DNA of 64,000 nucleotides, taken from assembly GCA_965214835.1 (NCBI GenBank), contig CBDCCK010000002.1:1280001-1344000 (forward strand), in the 5' to 3' direction. The notes beneath the pieces are model-generated. The model was not told the origin of the DNA, made no database searches, and saw only the letters and a program-made list of their open reading frames with translations. This stretch comes from Nitrosopumilaceae archaeon (GTDB taxonomy: Archaea; Thermoproteota; Nitrososphaeria; Nitrososphaerales; Nitrosopumilaceae). Shown piece after piece: positions 59,602 to 64,000 of the stretch. Each line of letters begins with the position of its first letter. Position 1 is the first letter of the stretch. A program made the translations under genes and the position numbers.

Positions 59602-60258
59602 TTGAAATCCACCACGCTGTTTCAAAAACTGCAAATAGACAAAAAGGAGCTCGTCACGTCCGCGGAGCTAAAACAATACTGCAAAAAGGGGGGCTTTGAC
59701 TATGATCTGGCGATTAAAAGCCTGGTGAGGGGCAGGCGCCTAGTGAGGGTTTTTCGCGGAATATACTATGTAAGGGCGCCAGACGAGATTGTTTTGGGAA
59801 AAAGCAGGTACAGTCATCTTGAGCTGGTGGCAAGGGGACTGGATCTGAAGAATGTGGAAAACTGGTATTATGGCCTTTATACTGCGCTCAAGCTCAACAA
59901 TATGACACACGAGACATTTGTAGTCAGCGACGTCATAAACGACTCGATATTCCGGCAGAACCCCATGAAAATAGGCGATCACAGGTTCAAATTCACAAAA
60001 ATTTCAAAAAAACTAACAGGTTTTGGAATAAGAAGGGGAGGGGGAGGAAAAATCAGGTATTCGGATCCGGAGAAAACAATCCTTGACTTTATCTATCTGT
60101 GGCGGCAGAACGGAAGATCAAGCAAAAGAATAGTGTCCGACGTGATTGACTGGAGTCAAAAAATCTCAGAAAAAAGAATGAAAAAATACTTGAAAAATTA
60201 CCCGAAAACAACGAAGGAAACAGCATGTGAGGTACTGCATGAGAGAGAATCTGATTGA
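59602..60258 (+). CDS. AbiEi-like type IV TA antitoxin
   Basis: N-terminal wHTH (LVR..RGIY), YYGLYTAL and SDPEKTILD motifs; overlaps the toxin gene. Confidence 0.82.
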   Translation: MKSTTLFQKLQIDKKELVTSAELKQYCKKGGFDYDLAIKSLVRGRRLVRVFRGIYYVRAPDEIVLGKSRYSHLELVARGLDLKNVENWYYGLYTALKLNNMTHETFVVSDVINDSIFRQNPMKIGDHRFKFTKISKKLTGFGIRRGGGGKIRYSDPEKTILDFIYLWRQNGRSSKRIVSDVIDWSQKISEKRMKKYLKNYPKTTKETACEVLHERESD

Positions 60259-61171
60259 CGCGGTAGCCGACAGGCTTGGCGTTCCTCAAAAGGAGCTGCT
60301 AGAAAAGGACATGATCCTGCATGAAATTTTGTACAGACTTTGTGATGACGAGTATTTTCTGGAAAACTATGTCTTCAAGGGCGGAACGTGCCTTGTAAAG
60401 TCATACATTGGATACCACAGGTTTTCTGAGGATCTAGACTTTACGTGGAGGGATCAGCCCGCATTTGAGGGAAAATCCCGCAAAGAAATTTACAATAGGG
60501 CGTCTTCTGAGGCCGGCAAACTGGGTGGGATGCTTGAAAAAATCGCGGATGAGTTCGACTTGGAATTCAAAAACGACCAAAAGGACACCGGTTACTTTCA
60601 GTTCGGAGGGGGAGGAAAAATGCTCACGGTTTTTGTGTGGTATCGGTCAGAAATTGAGAGCAGGCGCTCCATGATTAAAATCCAGGTAAATTTTCTAGAA
60701 AAAATCCATTATGGCACTGAGAGGCGAAAATTATCCGGCATGATAAGCGGAGACGAGAGCCTGAAACTTGTCTTTGGCAACCACCCGTATCTTGAGGAGA
60801 TACAGTGCTTGGCATACAGACCGGAGGAGATACTGTGTGAGAAAATCCGGGCTATAATGACCAGACGTGGAATAAAGGCGAGGGATTTTCTTGACATCTT
60901 CCTAATCTGTGAGAAGATTGGAATAAGATTACCCGATGTTGCAGAAAATGCGGTTTCCAAGATAAACTACTCTGCAAAGATGAACAAGAAGCATCGCAAC
61001 AACTTGGAAGGTAAAGCAGAGTCACTGAAATCCGGCGAATTGTTTGCGTGGGAGGATGAAGAAAACCGCCTACTGCTTGCAGATATTGACAAGGAAGGAT
61101 TCATGGCGTTCAAGGGTGAGTTGGAGGCGTTTTTACAGGAATCAATCGTGCCTAATTTGAAAAGAGACTGA
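60239..61171 (+). CDS. AbiEii-like nucleotidyltransferase toxin
   Basis: EKD, FKGGT, RFSEDLDF and EK.RA...R...RDFLDI motifs. Confidence 0.9.
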   Translation: MRENLIDAVADRLGVPQKELLEKDMILHEILYRLCDDEYFLENYVFKGGTCLVKSYIGYHRFSEDLDFTWRDQPAFEGKSRKEIYNRASSEAGKLGGMLEKIADEFDLEFKNDQKDTGYFQFGGGGKMLTVFVWYRSEIESRRSMIKIQVNFLEKIHYGTERRKLSGMISGDESLKLVFGNHPYLEEIQCLAYRPEEILCEKIRAIMTRRGIKARDFLDIFLICEKIGIRLPDVAENAVSKINYSAKMNKKHRNNLEGKAESLKSGELFAWEDEENRLLLADIDKEGFMAFKGELEAFLQESIVPNLKRD

Positions 61172-61219
61172 ATGTCGATTGCGCAGGACATGCGGTTGGC
61201 AGACGCCGAGTACAGCGTG

Positions 61220-61305
61220 GTTATGAACTCCTATCAATCAGGCATGAATTGGCATGTATGGTTATGATTTTCACGCCTGGCCAACAGGGGGACGTGACCA
61301 CATAC
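61220..61305. mobile_element. MITE family D copy, left end degenerate
   Basis: CAATCAGGCATGAATTGGC...GGGGACGTGACCACATAC. Confidence 0.75.
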
Positions 61306-61720
61306 ACGTTTTGCACCCTGCGGCGCGACAGGCCGTGCCGGCACATCAGTCTTCGGACATGTTCTGTGCCGTATTCTATCCCGGTGGCATCCCTTATGTC
61401 GTCGCGCACCGTCGTGACATCGATCCGCTGCGTGTAGTGGACAGGTTCATTATGGCGGCAATCCTTTTTCCGTCCGCCTCGCCTGCATCCGGAACGGAGG
61501 ATCCCGGAGGCCGTTCATGCCGTCCTCTAAAAACCTCGCCGGCCGGTTGCGCACGGAATTCTCACTGCACCGGACCACCTTCTTGCAGCCTCGGGCACGC
61601 CTGCATCGTCCTCTGGTACAAACATCAACGCCATGATCTTTTTGTAGACTTGGCATCCTTTTCTTTGCGCATGGCCTCTGACAGGCCGTCTGTTTCTCTT
61701 GCCATGCCCACTATCCCGGT
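61306..61720 (-). pseudogene. IS630-like transposase HTH remnant
   Basis: RDDIRDATGIEYGTEHVRRLMCRHGLSRRR; SVRN...RF.EDG..GLRD. Confidence 0.6.
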
Positions 61721-61933
61721 TACGTGATCATCATACCTTTCGAATGAACCCTGTTTTGACTCGAAGACTTCTGCTCGTTGCTATATGTCATATGTTCAAC
61801 AGACTAAACGCAACAGAATGCTTAACTTTAATAAATGTGATTTTTTTCATAACTCATGCCTGCTTGTGCCAGAACTGTTTTCGCAATGAATTTTCTTTGT
61901 GATAATCTAACAGAGCCATTCAGAAAAGACCAA

Positions 61934-63412
61934 ATGCATTTTACCTTGTTGATTGTCCCATTAGCTGTTCTTAGTATTATTGGAATTCATGAATCTTTTG
62001 CACTAGAAAAAGATGTGTTATTTGAAGACACATTTGATGATACTGCAGATTGGTCATTTTGGTATCGAAATAGCGGTGATATTTCTGGCTCTAATAACAA
62101 CTATTCATTTGTAATTCAGCAAGATGCTTCTAATTCATACGCTATGATTAGTGGAGATGGATATGCAACAGACTCGGGAATACAAAAAACCATCAATCTA
62201 ACGCCAGATCCCACTAAATCGCTAGTACTAACATTTGATTTTCTAGCCAGCTCTGCCATTCAATACGCAACTACCAACTCAGCAATATCAATTTATGATG
62301 CTGTTACAAACGAACTACTGTATAACGAATTTACAGGACCGCCAATACTAAACACAAACTGGCAACACTATTCAAAGGATATCACCAAAATTGTACGTGA
62401 AGCAAAAGAAATTACCATCATTTTACATCTTAGTGACAATTGGTCTGCAAATCACCGTCAAGTAAATCTATATGATAATGTAAAACTCGAATACAAATTA
62501 GAGCTCCCTGACAAAACTAATGGATATCAAGACATTTTTCCAACAAAACCAAGGCCGGGTTTAGTTGAATTTACAAGCAATAAAAAAATAAACGATGGCG
62601 ATTTTCATCATATAGCCCTTGTAATTGATAGAGAATCAAATCAAACAAAATTGTTCATAGATGGCAGTTTAGATTCAACACACGGCATATCTAATGTAGG
62701 CCATATTGGTCAGCCAGCAATTGGACTTGACATAGGAAACACTGGTTGGCCTAACCAACCTGCCTCAATGTTTGATGGAATAATGGATCAAATCAGAATA
62801 TTTGATCATGCGTTGTCGCAAACACAAGTAAATTATCTCCTCACAGAAGTAACCATCCAACGCGAGAATTTGCTTTTGGAATTGTTATTTGAAGGCGACA
62901 ATATAGCAGACACCAGCAAAAAAGGAATATCTGTCAGTCCCAGCAATCTAAAATTTGTTAATGGCAAGTTTGGTAAGGCTGTGCTGTTTAATGGAAATAA
63001 CGACATAATACGAGTGGCAAATGACGGATTCCTGCATTTTGATTTGAGCAGCTTTAGCATTTCTGCCTGGGTAAAGATTGAACCCGAACAAAAGGGAGGA
63101 CTTTTGTTGTATGACAAACGAAATAACGATGGTACGTATAGGGGATGGCATATCAAAGCAGATGAGCATGTGTCTGTAAGCATCAATGATGGACGGCCAG
63201 TCCAAATTACTATACCTCCAGATCTATCTGAACCTCCTCTATCTATTCCACCTGATAGGGACATTCTCAAAGAGAACAAACAACTACGACTAGAAAATGA
63301 AAAACTCAGAAATGAAACACGTTTGCTGTATGAGAGAATTACCGAACTTCAAGATACAATTTTGGAGCAAATTAAAGCAATGCTTGAAATACTTAGGATG
63401 AAGTATGAATAG
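61934..63412 (+). CDS. Secreted LamG/concanavalin A-like lectin-domain protein with C-terminal coiled coil
   Basis: Signal peptide; DG.FHHIA.V...LFIDG...FDG.MDQIRIFD.ALS; GK.G.A..FNG...FSISAWVK; low GC. Confidence 0.85.
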   Translation: MHFTLLIVPLAVLSIIGIHESFALEKDVLFEDTFDDTADWSFWYRNSGDISGSNNNYSFVIQQDASNSYAMISGDGYATDSGIQKTINLTPDPTKSLVLTFDFLASSAIQYATTNSAISIYDAVTNELLYNEFTGPPILNTNWQHYSKDITKIVREAKEITIILHLSDNWSANHRQVNLYDNVKLEYKLELPDKTNGYQDIFPTKPRPGLVEFTSNKKINDGDFHHIALVIDRESNQTKLFIDGSLDSTHGISNVGHIGQPAIGLDIGNTGWPNQPASMFDGIMDQIRIFDHALSQTQVNYLLTEVTIQRENLLLELLFEGDNIADTSKKGISVSPSNLKFVNGKFGKAVLFNGNNDIIRVANDGFLHFDLSSFSISAWVKIEPEQKGGLLLYDKRNNDGTYRGWHIKADEHVSVSINDGRPVQITIPPDLSEPPLSIPPDRDILKENKQLRLENEKLRNETRLLYERITELQDTILEQIKAMLEILRMKYE

Positions 63413-63428
63413 TAAAATCTCTACAATC

Positions 63429-63538
63429 GTAACAGCTCGGGCTTCGGAAGTGATTTATAATTTTAGGCACAAATTCTGTTTGATCGGCTTCTTTGATGGC
63501 AAAATTCGCGCCTGAACTTCCAGAGCCCTACCTGTTAC
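63429..63538. mobile_element. MITE family A copy (110 bp), diverged
   Basis: Colinear with 5442-5552; ends GTAACAGCTCGGGC / CCTGTTAC; no TSD. Confidence 0.85.
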
Positions 63539-64000
63539 CTGTTTTGTCTATTTTGCAGACTTTGCAGACTTTGACGACTTTTGGCGCCTGAAGGCCATGT
63601 TTTGTCTGAAGATTTGACAAGCCATCTATCCATTCACATGATTTTTAATTATGGACACTCCTCTGGCCGGCAGGCACGTAACCTCACACGTCAGTCTGAA
63701 GTACACGATTCATGGTGGTGGAGACAGCTACATGCGGATCTGTAATGTGCACACCAAAAAACGGATCATGGTTTTGACATATCGTGCCTATTCCAACAGA
63801 AAAATATTCGATTTTCAACTGTACGTACTATGAAGGCAGCTTGGCTTGAGATACTTCATGGTTTGGAGCCGTTTTTTGGGTTACTTTTGGGAAGGCTGCC
63901 CGTTCTGGATCCCGCTCCAACTATTAATAGCCAGAACAGGACATATGCAATAGGAGAAGCGGAGAAATCATTATGAAATCCGAATATGAATACATCATGT

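Overview
Archaeal chromosomal DNA from an ammonia-oxidising Nitrososphaerota (Thaumarchaeota) of the Nitrosopumilaceae type. The lineage is inferred from gene content and order: Hel308-MCM-GINS/RFC, aIF6, aIF5B-ndk-L24e-S28e-L7Ae, purU-Lsm-L37e-rpiA, alba, sdhACDB, argH. Five tRNA genes are present (Ser, Leu, Ala, Lys, Asp). The core genes are interrupted by a heavy load of mobile DNA: IS110 x3, ISH3 x2, IS3, IS630 x3, IS66, an IS5/ISL2-like fragment and at least four MITE families, several with intact target-site duplications. There are two accessory islands, one after tRNA-Ala (about 27.6-45.8 kb) and one after tRNA-Asp (about 58-64 kb). This IS load and decay resemble host-associated (e.g. 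sponge) AOA, which is inference only. Best leads: (1) two homologous IS110 upstream non-coding regions with compensatory base changes (bridge-RNA candidates); (2) a head-to-head pair of paralogous secreted-protein plus small-membrane-protein cassettes driven by an inverted-duplicated promoter (candidate polymorphic toxin/immunity or variable surface system); (3) a set of IS66-type MITEs sharing an internal motif with the resident IS66; (4) an IS630 with about 160-bp inverted ends and an internal repeat-spacer-repeat; (5) EVE-PD-(D/E)xK and Schlafen defence candidates. All family assignments come from motif recognition, not database searches.
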